A DNA stretch of 62,378 bases from a virus (IMGVR_UViG_3300030106_004741:1-62378), one strand, 5' to 3'; numbered from the stretch's first letter, positions 17,215 through 28,179 are shown. Numbers and translations: made by a program. Notes: generated by a model from the sequence alone, not told the origin.

Positions 17215-17433
17215 ATGGATATAAGAAAAATTTCTGTAGGACCTGATTATAAATCAAGTTCTATGCATTATATTGTAGGTCAACCTGTTTTAAATGGAGC
17301 TTACACTATACATTTAATAAAACAAGAAAAGGATATGGTAAAGATTTGGATAGAACAAGATAATGAAATTATTTTGTGGAAATCTTTTAATCACAACATG
17401 CCTATTGCAACTGAATATAATATCAATTTCTAA
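17215..17433 (+). CDS. Hypothetical protein (IRKISVGPDYK)
   Basis: 72 aa, coupled to the next gene. Confidence 0.75.
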   Translation: MDIRKISVGPDYKSSSMHYIVGQPVLNGAYTIHLIKQEKDMVKIWIEQDNEIILWKSFNHNMPIATEYNINF

Positions 17434-18014
17434 TGCAGTCGCCTTTTTATTTTATTGTTACACCTTTGTTAAACAAAAGGTATGACAACTCTAAGGTTAT
17501 TGGAGGTAAAGAAATTATTGTAAGTACATCAGATGAAGACCATAGGTTTTCCAATAGACACGCAAAAGTAATAAGTGTTCCATTAGGGTATGAGGGAGAT
17601 ATAGAAAAAGGAGATACTTTGTTGGTTCATCATAATGTTTTTAAGTTTTATCATGACATGAGGGGCAGACAAAGAAGTGGTAGAAGTTTTTTAAAAGATG
17701 ATTTATTTTTTGTAGATGAAGAACAGTTTTTTATGTATAAAAAACATAATTATGGGTTTTTGAAAACCAAATGGAATGCAATAAATCGATATTGTTTTGT
17801 TGAACCTGTAGATGTAGAAGATAGTATTATAAAAAAACCTTTACAACATGAACCATTAGTAGGTATTATGAGATATCCTAATAAATACTTAAAAAGCAAA
17901 GGAGTAAAAGAGGGGGATAAAGTTTCTTTTCAACCAGATAGTGAGTATGAATTTACGGTGGAAGGGAAAAAAATGTATCGTATATATGACCATCAAATTA
18001 CTATAAAATTATGA
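17433..18014 (+). CDS. GroES-like protein, apparently two tandem GroES-like folds
   Basis: AKVISVP...IEKGDTLLV and GIMRY...GVKEGDKVSF...GKKMYRI. Confidence 0.65.
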   Translation: MQSPFYFIVTPLLNKRYDNSKVIGGKEIIVSTSDEDHRFSNRHAKVISVPLGYEGDIEKGDTLLVHHNVFKFYHDMRGRQRSGRSFLKDDLFFVDEEQFFMYKKHNYGFLKTKWNAINRYCFVEPVDVEDSIIKKPLQHEPLVGIMRYPNKYLKSKGVKEGDKVSFQPDSEYEFTVEGKKMYRIYDHQITIKL

Positions 18015-18466
18015 CTTTATTTGTATTAGATGATATATTGGCAAATCCCGATAAGTATGTACAAGATGCTTTAAAAAATCCTTTTGTGGATGTGGAAAAC
18101 TTTAAAGGAATACAACCACGAGCAAATGATGAGGTGGAGAATTTTGTGTTATCACTGTTTCCTGATTATACAGTGACATATAATTTTATTCGTCAATCAC
18201 CTTTTAAACAAATTGAGCCGAATTATATTCATACAGATGAAATGATGGGGGATAAAACAGTTTTAGTATATTTAAATAAGTATTATCCTGCAAATGCAGG
18301 AACAGTGTTATATGATAAAGATGAAGAAAAGTCTGTAAGAATTTACATGAAATATAACAGACTAGTTGTGTTTGATTCTCACGAAAAACACTCTAGAAAT
18401 TTGTATAATAATTTTGGTGAGAAAAATAATTCACGATTGGTGCAAGTTTTATTTTTAAAAAAATGA
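18011..18466 (+). CDS. 2OG-Fe(II) oxygenase-like protein
   Basis: IHTD (HxD), VYLN, GT, YNRLVVFD, distal H and RLVQVLF. Confidence 0.75.
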   Translation: MTLFVLDDILANPDKYVQDALKNPFVDVENFKGIQPRANDEVENFVLSLFPDYTVTYNFIRQSPFKQIEPNYIHTDEMMGDKTVLVYLNKYYPANAGTVLYDKDEEKSVRIYMKYNRLVVFDSHEKHSRNLYNNFGEKNNSRLVQVLFLKK

Positions 18467-18565
18467 GTGACAAGTTTGAATGGAGAAAAATGGATTGGAA
18501 GGAAATAAAAAAACTTACCAAACCCATGGTTCACCAAAGTAAAAAAAAATATAATAGAAAAAGAG

Positions 18566-18847
18566 ATGGATTCAAAAGAATTAAAAATACAGATTATAGA
18601 AGCGGGGAGGAAGGCGGTTAGGCAATTAATAAAAGTGGCTAAAGAAGAAATAATTAAACCTGACCCTGAAGATGAACTTGCAGCGGATAGATTAAAAAAT
18701 GCCGCAGCCACAAAAAAATTAGCCATATTTGATGCGTTTGAAATTTTAACTCGTATTGATGTGGAGGAAGAAAATTTAGATAGTAGTAATAATAAAACCA
18801 AAAGTATTGACAGCAACCAAGGATTTGCCGAAAGAAGGTCTAAATAG
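18566..18847 (+). CDS. Putative terminase small subunit
   Basis: Small helical protein directly upstream of the large terminase (positional inference). Confidence 0.5.
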   Translation: MDSKELKIQIIEAGRKAVRQLIKVAKEEIIKPDPEDELAADRLKNAAATKKLAIFDAFEILTRIDVEEENLDSSNNKTKSIDSNQGFAERRSK

Positions 18848-21071
18848 TTTGTATGCAAAAATGCATAACTATGTGTCTAAACAGGTATTAGCTAAAAAAA
18901 ACAAAGCTAAAACTTGGCAGTACGGGTATAATGAAAAATACGATTTTGTAAACATATCTAAAACAGGAAGAGTAGGAGAGATAATAAATGTGGCGGGGTT
19001 AAAAATAGGATTACCCTTAAGTCCTAAAGAGTGTCTTGCAAGACACACTGACAAATCACAACAGTATTGGGAAAGACACGACTTACCTAAACCTTTAAGT
19101 AAAATACAATCTATTTTTCAATGGAACACGCGTAGTAATGAATTTAAACAGTCATGGGTGGATTATATCGAAAAAGAGTTTGATAAAAGAGAAGAAGGCA
19201 CATGGTTTATGAACAAGGGTGTCCCCACATATATAACAGGTTCTCACTACATGTATTTACAATGGACAAATATAGATGTGGGGTATCCCGATTATCGTGA
19301 AGCCAATCGGATATTTTTTATTTTTTGGGAGGCATGTAAGGCGGACAATCGTTGTTTTGGGATGACTTATTTAAAAATTAGACGTTCAGGATTTTCTTAT
19401 ATGGGTTCTTCTGAATGTGTTCATATAGGAACATTAGCTAAAGATTCAAGGGTGGGTATATTATCTAAAACGGGTGCAGATGCTAAAAAAATGTTTACCG
19501 ATAAAGTAGTTCCTATATCTTCTCGATTACCTTTCTTTTTTAAACCTATACAAGACGGTATGGATAAACCTAAAACAGAATTAGCGTTTAGAGTTCCTGC
19601 ATCTAAGATAACTAAAAAGAATATGTATGAAATTGAAGAAGAAGAATTGCACGGACTAGATACAACTATCGATTGGAAAAACACAGACGAAAACTCTTAT
19701 GATGGAGAAAAATTATTATTATTGGTTCATGATGAAAGTGGTAAATGGGTGCGACCAAATAATATATTAAATAATTGGAGGGTTACTAAAACATGTTTAA
19801 GACTAGGTAGTAAAATTATTGGTAAATGTATGATGGGTTCAACATCTAATGCCTTAGATAAGGGGGGTGATAATTTTAAAAAACTATATGAAGATTCTAA
19901 TGTTTTAAAAAGAAATCAAAACGGACAAACTAAATCGGGTTTATATTCTTTATTTATTCCTATGGAATGGAACATGGAGGGATTTATTGATAGATATGGA
20001 ATGCCTGTATTTAAGAATCCAGAAAATAAAATTTTAGGGGTAGACAATGAATACATTAAAAATGGGGCAATAGACTATTGGGAGGCAGAGGTAGCATCTT
20101 TAAAAAATGACGCAGATGCTCTTAATGAATTTTATCGTCAATTTCCTAGAACAGAGTCACACGCTTTTAGAGATGAAAGTAAGTCCGCTTTATTTAATCT
20201 AACTAAAATTTATCAGCAAATTGATTATAATGATTCTATAATAATGGAACACCATGTAACGGTTGGTTCTTTTCAATGGGCAAATGGGGCTAAAGATACA
20301 AAGGTTATTTGGTCTCCCAATCCTAGAGGTAGGTTTAAAGTAAGTTGGATGCCCAATAAAAATTACCAAAACAAATTTATAGAAAAAAGGGGAATAAGAT
20401 TTCCTTGCAATGAACATTTAGGGGCGTTTGGGTGTGATTCTTATGATATTTCAGGAACAGTGGGAGGGGGAGGTTCGAATGGAGCATTACATGGGTTAAC
20501 TAAATTTAACATGGATGAAGCCCCTAGTAATGAGTTTTTTTTAGAATATGTGGCACGTCCCCAAACAGCTGAGTTGTTTTTTGAAGACGTGTTAATGGCG
20601 TGTGTTTTTTATGGTATGCCTATTTTAGTTGAAAACAATAAACCTCGTCTTTTATATCATTTTAAAAATCGTGGATACAGAGGATTTTCTTTAAATCGTC
20701 CCGATAAACATTTTACTAAACTTTCTAGAACGGAAAAAGAATTAGGAGGTATACCCAATTCTTCTGAAGATGTTAAACAATCTCATGCTGCAGCCATTGA
20801 ATCTTATATTGAAAAACATGTGGGATTAGATTTTACAGGAACATATAGAGATGCTGATGTTATGGGTACTCTACCGTTTAATAGAACCCTAGAAGATTGG
20901 GCAAGATTTGATATAAGTAATAGAACTAAATTTGATGCGAGTATTAGTTCAGGATTGGCAATTATGGCTAATCAAAAGCATCTTTATATGCCCGAACAGA
21001 AACAATCAAAAATAAGTGTTAACTTTGCAAGGTATACCAACAAAGGAATTTATAGTGAGCTCATAAAATGA
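18807..21071 (+). CDS. terL: Terminase large subunit
   Basis: KIRRSGFS Walker A-like, LLVHDESGK Walker B, GSTSN, GCD nuclease motif; precedes the portal. The exact start is uncertain. Confidence 0.88.
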   Translation: MTATKDLPKEGLNSLYAKMHNYVSKQVLAKKNKAKTWQYGYNEKYDFVNISKTGRVGEIINVAGLKIGLPLSPKECLARHTDKSQQYWERHDLPKPLSKIQSIFQWNTRSNEFKQSWVDYIEKEFDKREEGTWFMNKGVPTYITGSHYMYLQWTNIDVGYPDYREANRIFFIFWEACKADNRCFGMTYLKIRRSGFSYMGSSECVHIGTLAKDSRVGILSKTGADAKKMFTDKVVPISSRLPFFFKPIQDGMDKPKTELAFRVPASKITKKNMYEIEEEELHGLDTTIDWKNTDENSYDGEKLLLLVHDESGKWVRPNNILNNWRVTKTCLRLGSKIIGKCMMGSTSNALDKGGDNFKKLYEDSNVLKRNQNGQTKSGLYSLFIPMEWNMEGFIDRYGMPVFKNPENKILGVDNEYIKNGAIDYWEAEVASLKNDADALNEFYRQFPRTESHAFRDESKSALFNLTKIYQQIDYNDSIIMEHHVTVGSFQWANGAKDTKVIWSPNPRGRFKVSWMPNKNYQNKFIEKRGIRFPCNEHLGAFGCDSYDISGTVGGGGSNGALHGLTKFNMDEAPSNEFFLEYVARPQTAELFFEDVLMACVFYGMPILVENNKPRLLYHFKNRGYRGFSLNRPDKHFTKLSRTEKELGGIPNSSEDVKQSHAAAIESYIEKHVGLDFTGTYRDADVMGTLPFNRTLEDWARFDISNRTKFDASISSGLAIMANQKHLYMPEQKQSKISVNFARYTNKGIYSELIK

Positions 21072-23503
21072 AAGACATAAAAATAAACATAGCATCACAA
21101 GGATTTCCAAGTCAATTTGTTTCCGATAGTGAAAAGGCAACAGATGAATTTGGACTTCAAATTGGTCAAGCTATACAATACGAATGGTTTAGAAAAGATG
21201 GTAATCAATGCAGGTATTATAATCAGTGGAGAGATTTTAATAGATTAAGATTATATGCCCGTGGGGAACAACCTATTCAAAAGTATAAAAATGAATTAGC
21301 CGTAGATGGAGATTTATCTTATCTTAATTTAGATTGGACTCCTGTACCTATTATACCTAAATTCGTAGATATTGTAGTAAATGGAATGGCAGACCGTTTA
21401 TTTAAAGTAAATGCATACGCTCAAGATGCCATGTCCCAATCAAATCGTAGTAAGTATCAAGAAATGATACAGGGACAAATGGTGGCAAAACCTGTACTAA
21501 ACATTATTAAAAAAGAAGGAGGTGTAAATCCTTTTACAATGAATCCTAACGATTTACCTCAAAATGATGAAGAGTTGTCTTTATATATGCAGATTCAATA
21601 TAAACCTGCCATAGAAATTGCTCAAGAAGAAGCTATTGATACTTTGTTTGATAACAATAAGTATCATGATTTAAGAAAAAGATTTGACTATGATTTAATG
21701 GTGTTGGGTATTGGGATTGCTAAACACGAGTTTTTGCCAGGTTCAGGAGTGAAGGTGAGTTATGTTGACCCCGCTAATGTGGTATATAGTTATACGGAAG
21801 ACCCTCATTTTAAAGATTGTTTTTATTGGGGAGAAATTAAAACCCTACCTATTATTGAGTTGAAAAAAATAGACACCTCCCTCACTAATGAAGATTTAGA
21901 GGAGATTTCTAAATATAGCCAAAGTTGGTATAATTATTATAATACCGCCCAATTCTATGAAAATGATATTTTTTATAGAGATACGGCTACAGTAATGTAT
22001 TTTAATTATAAAACTACAAAAACATTTGTCTACAAAAAGAAGGTTACTGACAATGGTAATAGTAAGATGATAGAAAAAGACGACCAATTTAACCCTCCTC
22101 AAGAAATGATGGAAGAAGGTAAATTTGAAAAAATCTCTAAAACTATTGATGTTTGGTATGAGGGAGTAATGGTAATGGGAACAAATATTTTGTTAAAATG
22201 GGAGTTGGCAGAAAATATGGTAAGACCTAAATCGGCTAATCAATATGCTATTCCTAATTATGTGGCAGTAGCACCAAGAATGTATAAAGGAGTAATTGAA
22301 TCATTGGTAAGACGAATGATACCTTTTGCAGATTTAATTCAAATTACTCACTTAAAGTTACAACAAGTTATTTCTAGAACTGTTCCTGACGGAGTTTTTA
22401 TTGATGCAGACGGACTTAATGAAGTTGATTTGGGTACAGGAAACGCTTATAATCCTGAAGATGCATTAAGATTATACTTTCAAACAGGTAGTGTAATAGG
22501 TAGAAGTTATACTCAAGAGGGAGATTATAATCAAGGCAAAGTGCCAATTACTCAACTTAATGGAACAACGGGGGCAGGAAAAACACAAATGTTAATTGCA
22601 AACTATAATCATTATTTAGACATGATTCGTTCTTGCACGGGTTTAAATGAAGCTAGAGATGGTTCAACACCTGACCCTAACTCATTGGTGGGTGTTCAAA
22701 AATTGGCGGCTTTAAATTCTAATACTGCGACTAGACATATTTTAGATGGTAGTTTGTTTATATATAGAAGTTTAGCGGAAGCCCTTTCATATAGAGTGGC
22801 AGATATTTTGCAGTTTGCAGATTTTAAAGAAGTATTTGTTAATCAAATAGGAAAATATAATGTTTCTATATTAAATGACACCAAGGAATTATATCTTTAT
22901 GACTTTGGTATTTTTATTGAAGTTGCACCTGACGAAGAAGAAAAACAACAATTAGAACAAAACATTCAAATGGCTCTTCAAAAACAAGATATTAATTTAG
23001 AAGATGCTATTGAAATTAGAGAATTAAGAAATTTAAAATTAGCTAATCAGTTGCTTAAGTTAAAAAGAAGTAAAAAACAAGAGTCAGACAGAAACTTTGA
23101 AATGCAAAAACAACAACAACAACAACAAGCGCAACAACAATCACAACAAATGGCTGCAGAGATGGCTATGCAAAAACTACAGGCGGAAAATCAGGCAAAA
23201 ATGCAATTAAAACAAACTGAAATTGCATTTGAAATAGAAAAGATGACTAAAGAGGCGGAACTTAAAGCTCAATTAATGGATAAAGAGTTTGGGTTTAACC
23301 AACAACTGAGAGGTATATCGGAACAAGGTTTACAACAAAGAGAAACTGAAAGAGAAGAAGCTAAAAAAGAAAGAATTAGTCAACAAAATACTCAACAAAG
23401 TAAATTGATAAATCAAAGAAAAAACAATTTACCACCTCAAAACTTTGAGTCTAATGAAGATAGTTTAGATGGTTTTGACTTAGCAGAGTTTTCTCCTAGG
23501 TAG
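21068..23503 (+). CDS. Portal protein
   Basis: 811 aa after terL; PIIPKFVDIVVNG; long Q-rich coiled-coil C-terminal barrel. Confidence 0.85.
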   Translation: MKDIKINIASQGFPSQFVSDSEKATDEFGLQIGQAIQYEWFRKDGNQCRYYNQWRDFNRLRLYARGEQPIQKYKNELAVDGDLSYLNLDWTPVPIIPKFVDIVVNGMADRLFKVNAYAQDAMSQSNRSKYQEMIQGQMVAKPVLNIIKKEGGVNPFTMNPNDLPQNDEELSLYMQIQYKPAIEIAQEEAIDTLFDNNKYHDLRKRFDYDLMVLGIGIAKHEFLPGSGVKVSYVDPANVVYSYTEDPHFKDCFYWGEIKTLPIIELKKIDTSLTNEDLEEISKYSQSWYNYYNTAQFYENDIFYRDTATVMYFNYKTTKTFVYKKKVTDNGNSKMIEKDDQFNPPQEMMEEGKFEKISKTIDVWYEGVMVMGTNILLKWELAENMVRPKSANQYAIPNYVAVAPRMYKGVIESLVRRMIPFADLIQITHLKLQQVISRTVPDGVFIDADGLNEVDLGTGNAYNPEDALRLYFQTGSVIGRSYTQEGDYNQGKVPITQLNGTTGAGKTQMLIANYNHYLDMIRSCTGLNEARDGSTPDPNSLVGVQKLAALNSNTATRHILDGSLFIYRSLAEALSYRVADILQFADFKEVFVNQIGKYNVSILNDTKELYLYDFGIFIEVAPDEEEKQQLEQNIQMALQKQDINLEDAIEIRELRNLKLANQLLKLKRSKKQESDRNFEMQKQQQQQQAQQQSQQMAAEMAMQKLQAENQAKMQLKQTEIAFEIEKMTKEAELKAQLMDKEFGFNQQLRGISEQGLQQRETEREEAKKERISQQNTQQSKLINQRKNNLPPQNFESNEDSLDGFDLAEFSPR

Positions 23504-23555
23504 TGTCTAAATTTGTATTAAAAAAATTATTAACTTTGTATAAAAATATAATGTA

Positions 23556-24686
23556 ATGGAAATAAAAGTAAGAGCTCTTGATGATAGTGCAGAAAAATCA
23601 TCACAACAATTAGAACAAGAACTCCTTGATAAACATGAGGAGAAACAAAAAGGAGAAGAGGTTAAAAAGGAAGAATCTCCCGTAACCGAAAAAAAAGAAA
23701 CAGTTGAAACTACTTCTGAAGAAAGTCAACAACCTTTAGAAAAAACGCCAGAAGTAGAGTTAACTGAAGAAGATGTTCTTTCACATATTAATAAAAGGTA
23801 TAATAAGGAGATATCTTCAGTAGATGAATTATTTGCTGAAAAAGAAAAAAATGAGGAGTTGCCTGAAGATGTGGCTGCTTATTTAAAGTATAAGAAAGAA
23901 ACAGGACGAGGTTTTGATGATTATGTTAAACTTAACAAAGACTTTGATAAACTTTCGTCCAATCAACTTTTAAAAGAATATCTTACAGCTACCGAAGATG
24001 GTTTGGATGAAGAAGATATAAAAGACATGATAGATGAGTTCAAGTATGAAGAAGACATGGATGAACCATCGGTAATTAAAGAAAGAAAAAGGGAAAAGAA
24101 AAAACTTATTGCTCGTGCAAAAAAGTTCTTTAATGAACAGAAAGAACAATATAAGCGTCCTGTCGAGTCGAAGGAAAATGTGCTTAGTTCTAATGAACAA
24201 GAAGAATTTACACAGTATAGGCAATATGTTAAGGATGCTAAAAGCATTGAGGAGGAAAATAATCGTAAACGCGAATATTTTACTAAAAAAACTGATGAAG
24301 TATTACACCAAGAGTTCAAAGGTTTTGAGTTCACTGTCGGTGACACAGAATTAGTTTATTCTCCTGTAGATAGAATGGAGTTGAAAAAAGCCCACTCTAC
24401 ACCTATGAATTTTGTAAATAGATTTTTAGATGATAAGGGTTTGGTAAAAGATGCTCCAGGATATCACAAGGCGTTAGCAGTTGCAATGAATCCTGATAAA
24501 TTTGCTAGGTTCTTTTATGAACAAGGCAAATCACATGCAACAGAGGATGTTATGCGTAAGACTAAAAATATAAATATGTCTGAACGAAAAGCACCCGAAG
24601 TAGCTACAAAAGGAGGATTGCGTGTTAAATCTTTATCGGATAGTTCAGGTAGGGGTTTAAAAATTAAGAGTATTAAAAAAAGTTAA
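23556..24686 (+). CDS. Putative capsid scaffolding protein
   Basis: Acidic, helical; located between portal and capsid genes. Confidence 0.65.
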   Translation: MEIKVRALDDSAEKSSQQLEQELLDKHEEKQKGEEVKKEESPVTEKKETVETTSEESQQPLEKTPEVELTEEDVLSHINKRYNKEISSVDELFAEKEKNEELPEDVAAYLKYKKETGRGFDDYVKLNKDFDKLSSNQLLKEYLTATEDGLDEEDIKDMIDEFKYEEDMDEPSVIKERKREKKKLIARAKKFFNEQKEQYKRPVESKENVLSSNEQEEFTQYRQYVKDAKSIEEENNRKREYFTKKTDEVLHQEFKGFEFTVGDTELVYSPVDRMELKKAHSTPMNFVNRFLDDKGLVKDAPGYHKALAVAMNPDKFARFFYEQGKSHATEDVMRKTKNINMSERKAPEVATKGGLRVKSLSDSSGRGLKIKSIKKS

Positions 24687-24706
24687 AAATTAAAAAAGTT
24701 TAAAAA

Positions 24707-26134
24707 ATGGCAGGACAAGTATTAGGGACTCCTGGTTTTGACTTACAGCCAAGTGCTGAACGAGTTGCCACGAGCCAAAATTACATTACAAACTTCGACT
24801 TTTTAAATCAGTATCTACCTGATACTTATGAAAAAGAGTTCGAAAGGTACGGAAACCGTACTGTATCAGCATTCCTAAGATTGGTGGGAGCTGAGATGCC
24901 TTCGATGTCAGACCAAGTAACATGGGCTGAACAAGGTAGATTACATACCAAATATGTTAACTGTGCAAGTAACCAAGCGGCAGCCCAAGACGCTGCAACA
25001 ATAACTGTGAATGATGCATTAGTTCCAGGTAGTGGTCAAATTGCTGTTAGACAAGGACAGACTGTATTTATTTCTGATAATGCAGGAGGTGGTTTTAACA
25101 AAGGTTTGGTGACAGGAGTGGATTATGCAGCGGGAACATTTGATGTTGCTTACTACGAAGGTGGTGGTCAAGTGTTTGGAAACACTGCAGTCTTAACTGT
25201 ATTTATTTACGGTTCAGAATTTAGAAAAGGCACAACAGGGATGACAGAATCTTTAGAAGCAGATGATGTTTTCTTTAACAACTCTCCAATTATTATTAGA
25301 GATTTATACGAAGTTTCAGGTTCAGATATGGCACAAATCGGTTGGGTAGAAATATCTACTGAGGATGGCGGTACAGGATACTTATGGTATCTAAAATCAG
25401 AACACGAAACTAGATTAAGATTTGATGATTATCTAGAAACAGCAATGATTGAAGCTGTCCCTGCAGAGGGAGGTTCAGGTGTTGCAGCACTAACAAGTGC
25501 TACTAATGTGGGTAACAAAGGTTCAGAAGGTATCTTCTACGTTGTTGGCCAAAGAGGTAATGTTTGGAGTGGTGGTAACCCAACAGCTTTAGCAGATTGG
25601 GATGCAGTTATATCAAGATTAGACAAACAAGGAGCTATTGAAGAAAACGTGGTTTTCGTTGATAGAGATTTCGGTTTTGATATCGATGATATGTTGGCTG
25701 CACAAAACTCTTATGGTGCAGGTGGTACTTCTTACGGATTGTTTGACAATGACGAAGAAATGGCACTTAATTTAGGATTTACAGGATTCCGTAGAGGTTA
25801 CGACTTCTATAAAACTGATTGGAAATACCTAAATGACCCAACTATGAGAGGTGGTTTACCAACAGGTGCAAGTTCAGGTAGAGTAAATGGATTATTAGTA
25901 CCTGCGGGTTCTACATCTGTTTATGACCAAATTCTTGGTAAAAATGCAAAAAGACCGTTTTTACATGTTAGATATCGTGCTTCACAAAGTGAAGATAGAC
26001 GATACAAAACATGGATTACGGGTTCTGCAGGAGGAGCGCGAACATCGGATTTAGATGCGATGCAAGTTAACTTCTTGTCAGAAAGATGTGTTTGTACTTT
26101 AGGTGCAAATAACTTCTTCTTATTCCAAGAGTAG
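24707..26134 (+). CDS. Major capsid protein
   Basis: 475 aa, position, composition, strong terminator downstream. Confidence 0.85.
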   Translation: MAGQVLGTPGFDLQPSAERVATSQNYITNFDFLNQYLPDTYEKEFERYGNRTVSAFLRLVGAEMPSMSDQVTWAEQGRLHTKYVNCASNQAAAQDAATITVNDALVPGSGQIAVRQGQTVFISDNAGGGFNKGLVTGVDYAAGTFDVAYYEGGGQVFGNTAVLTVFIYGSEFRKGTTGMTESLEADDVFFNNSPIIIRDLYEVSGSDMAQIGWVEISTEDGGTGYLWYLKSEHETRLRFDDYLETAMIEAVPAEGGSGVAALTSATNVGNKGSEGIFYVVGQRGNVWSGGNPTALADWDAVISRLDKQGAIEENVVFVDRDFGFDIDDMLAAQNSYGAGGTSYGLFDNDEEMALNLGFTGFRRGYDFYKTDWKYLNDPTMRGGLPTGASSGRVNGLLVPAGSTSVYDQILGKNAKRPFLHVRYRASQSEDRRYKTWITGSAGGARTSDLDAMQVNFLSERCVCTLGANNFFLFQE

Positions 26135-26148
26135 AATTGTTTAGAAAT

Positions 26149-26180
26149 AGGGGAGTTAAATCTCCCCTTTTTCTTTTTTT
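26149..26180 (+). terminator. Intrinsic terminator after the capsid gene
   Basis: ggggag...ctcccc followed by a T-tract. Confidence 0.8.
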
Positions 26181-26203
26181 AAAATTATATAAAATTAAAT
26201 CAG

Positions 26204-26959
26204 ATGGCAAAAAAAAATCAAAAGTATGTTTCTAAAACATACAAACTCAAAAGAGATGCAGCTCCTTTAACTTTCATGCTAGCATCTAGACACACAAAAA
26301 GATATCCTTTATTATGGTTCGATGAAAACACAGGTGAAAATCGCGCCTTAAGATATGCTAGAAACCAAAAATCAGTTTTTGAAGATGAACAAGATGGTAA
26401 CGCTATTTTAGAACCTATTATTTTTGAAGACGGTTTTTTAGTGGTAGACAAAAAAAATCAGTTACTTCAAGAGTTTTTATCACTTCATCCACAAAATGGA
26501 TTAAAATTTGAAGAGGTGAATCTAGAAAGAGATGCCAAGGACGATGTAGAGTATTTAAACATGGAGGTAGACGCATTGGTAGAAGCAAGGTCTTTAAGTA
26601 TAGAACAAGTTGAAAACTTATGTAGAGTACTCTTTAGTATGAACACTGATAAATATACTACTGCTGAACTTAAACGTGACATGTTGGTGTATGCAAGAAA
26701 TAATCCTGCGGACTTTTTAAATGCATTAAATGACCCTGGGTTACAATTACAATCCACAGTTCAAAAGTTTTTAGATAGTAAGTTGATTATTTTTAAAAAT
26801 CAAAAAAAGGATGTGTACTTCAATTTGAAAGCTAATAAAAAACGAATGGTGGCAATTCCTTTTGGTGAAGACCCATTGTATGTTATATCTTCATTTCTTC
26901 AATCAGATGAAGGAGTTGAGGTTTTAGAGATGCTTGAGAAAAAACTTGAATTAGTGTAG
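26204..26959 (+). CDS. Conserved-looking hypothetical protein downstream of the capsid gene
   Basis: 251-aa ORF. Confidence 0.8.
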   Translation: MAKKNQKYVSKTYKLKRDAAPLTFMLASRHTKRYPLLWFDENTGENRALRYARNQKSVFEDEQDGNAILEPIIFEDGFLVVDKKNQLLQEFLSLHPQNGLKFEEVNLERDAKDDVEYLNMEVDALVEARSLSIEQVENLCRVLFSMNTDKYTTAELKRDMLVYARNNPADFLNALNDPGLQLQSTVQKFLDSKLIIFKNQKKDVYFNLKANKKRMVAIPFGEDPLYVISSFLQSDEGVEVLEMLEKKLELV

Positions 26960-27010
26960 GTATTTTTTTATTATCTTTGTAAAAGTATTAACCCATTAAT
27001 TTTTTTTACA

Positions 27011-27310
27011 ATGGACAAATTTTTAGAAATACCCGTTACGGGACAGTCAGATTTTTTGTTAAGTGTTTCAGATGTAATTGCAGTTACAAGAGTGGACGAC
27101 ACGACTACATTAATCACTTACAATAGCGCAAATACAGCCACACTTACTCACACTAATTTGGCGGCACAAGATTATTTAATGCGTGATTCAATTAATAACC
27201 AAATGACAAGTGCTTTGGCAACTTCATGGACTAATGTAGTATTCGATTTTAGTTCTCCCATTTTATCAGATGGAACAGTTGTTGCGGTATCTGCTATAGC
27301 GATTGCGTAA
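27011..27310 (+). CDS. Putative capsid auxiliary/decoration protein
   Basis: MDKFLEIP...ALATSWTNV resembles the ends of the 27313 product. Confidence 0.65.
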   Translation: MDKFLEIPVTGQSDFLLSVSDVIAVTRVDDTTTLITYNSANTATLTHTNLAAQDYLMRDSINNQMTSALATSWTNVVFDFSSPILSDGTVVAVSAIAIA

Positions 27311-27312
27311 AT

Positions 27313-28107
27313 ATGGCAAAGTATATAAAAATACCAACACCTATGTACGCGAGTTCTACGGCAACGAATACGGCAGTGGCAGACTCAGGTACAACAGATG
27401 CGGCTACTGAGGGTAAATTAACCCAAAGTGGACAAAACTTTCTTACTACGGTAAGTGTTGGTGATTATGCAATTATTACAACTACAGCAGGGGCATATCT
27501 TAATAGAATGTCTGCAAAAGTAACTGCGGTAGATAGTGATACAGTATTAAGTGTTACAGGTCCAGGTTTACCTGCAACAGGAACAGGTGGTTTATCGGCA
27601 TCAGGTACGGCATACTCTATTGTGGCTGCGGCAGATATTTACAAATGTGATTTATCTACTGCATCATTTAAAAGTAATGTTTCTGTAGGAGATATGGTAT
27701 GCAACACTACTACTAATAGAAATTATTTAATTACAGCAATTAATAGTGATACTTCTGTTAGTATTGATTGGATAGGTGGTGTTATAGCGGGAGATGATTT
27801 TTTCATACTTTCGGATGCAGGACAACATGGATACAACTTAACAAGAGTAGATAATTTAACAATGATGAGAGGAAATGCTTCTAATGGTGAAGTTACTTTT
27901 CATTATAAAAAACTATCATCTACTAATGAGAAGTTGGCTATTGACCCCGGTGATACAGTTACGGATGATAATTGGTATGCTACAATTAAGCAAGCTGCCG
28001 AAGAAGCGTATGCCTCAAAGTGGGACAACATAGCAGTACAAGTTCCTATTGTAGAGTCCTCAGGGACACAAGGTGTTCAGTGGGCAGGTACATTTACTTG
28101 GAGTTAA
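27313..28107 (+). CDS. Putative decoration protein with two inserted beta-domains
   Basis: MAKYIKIP...AYASKWDNI; two VSVGD-containing repeats. Confidence 0.65.
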   Translation: MAKYIKIPTPMYASSTATNTAVADSGTTDAATEGKLTQSGQNFLTTVSVGDYAIITTTAGAYLNRMSAKVTAVDSDTVLSVTGPGLPATGTGGLSASGTAYSIVAAADIYKCDLSTASFKSNVSVGDMVCNTTTNRNYLITAINSDTSVSIDWIGGVIAGDDFFILSDAGQHGYNLTRVDNLTMMRGNASNGEVTFHYKKLSSTNEKLAIDPGDTVTDDNWYATIKQAAEEAYASKWDNIAVQVPIVESSGTQGVQWAGTFTWS

Positions 28108-28130
28108 AAAATATCGTTACTCGACAAGGA

Positions 28131-28164
28131 AAGGGGGCAAATTTCAAATGCCCTCTTTTTTTTT
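28131..28164 (+). terminator. Intrinsic terminator
   Basis: aagggggca...tgccctctt followed by a T-tract. Confidence 0.75.
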
Positions 28165-28179
28165 ATTATCTTTGTAGGT

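Noticed and set aside
23109-23148. (CAA)n run as a phase-variable or mobile repeat
   Set aside because: It is in-frame poly-Gln within the portal coiled coil.
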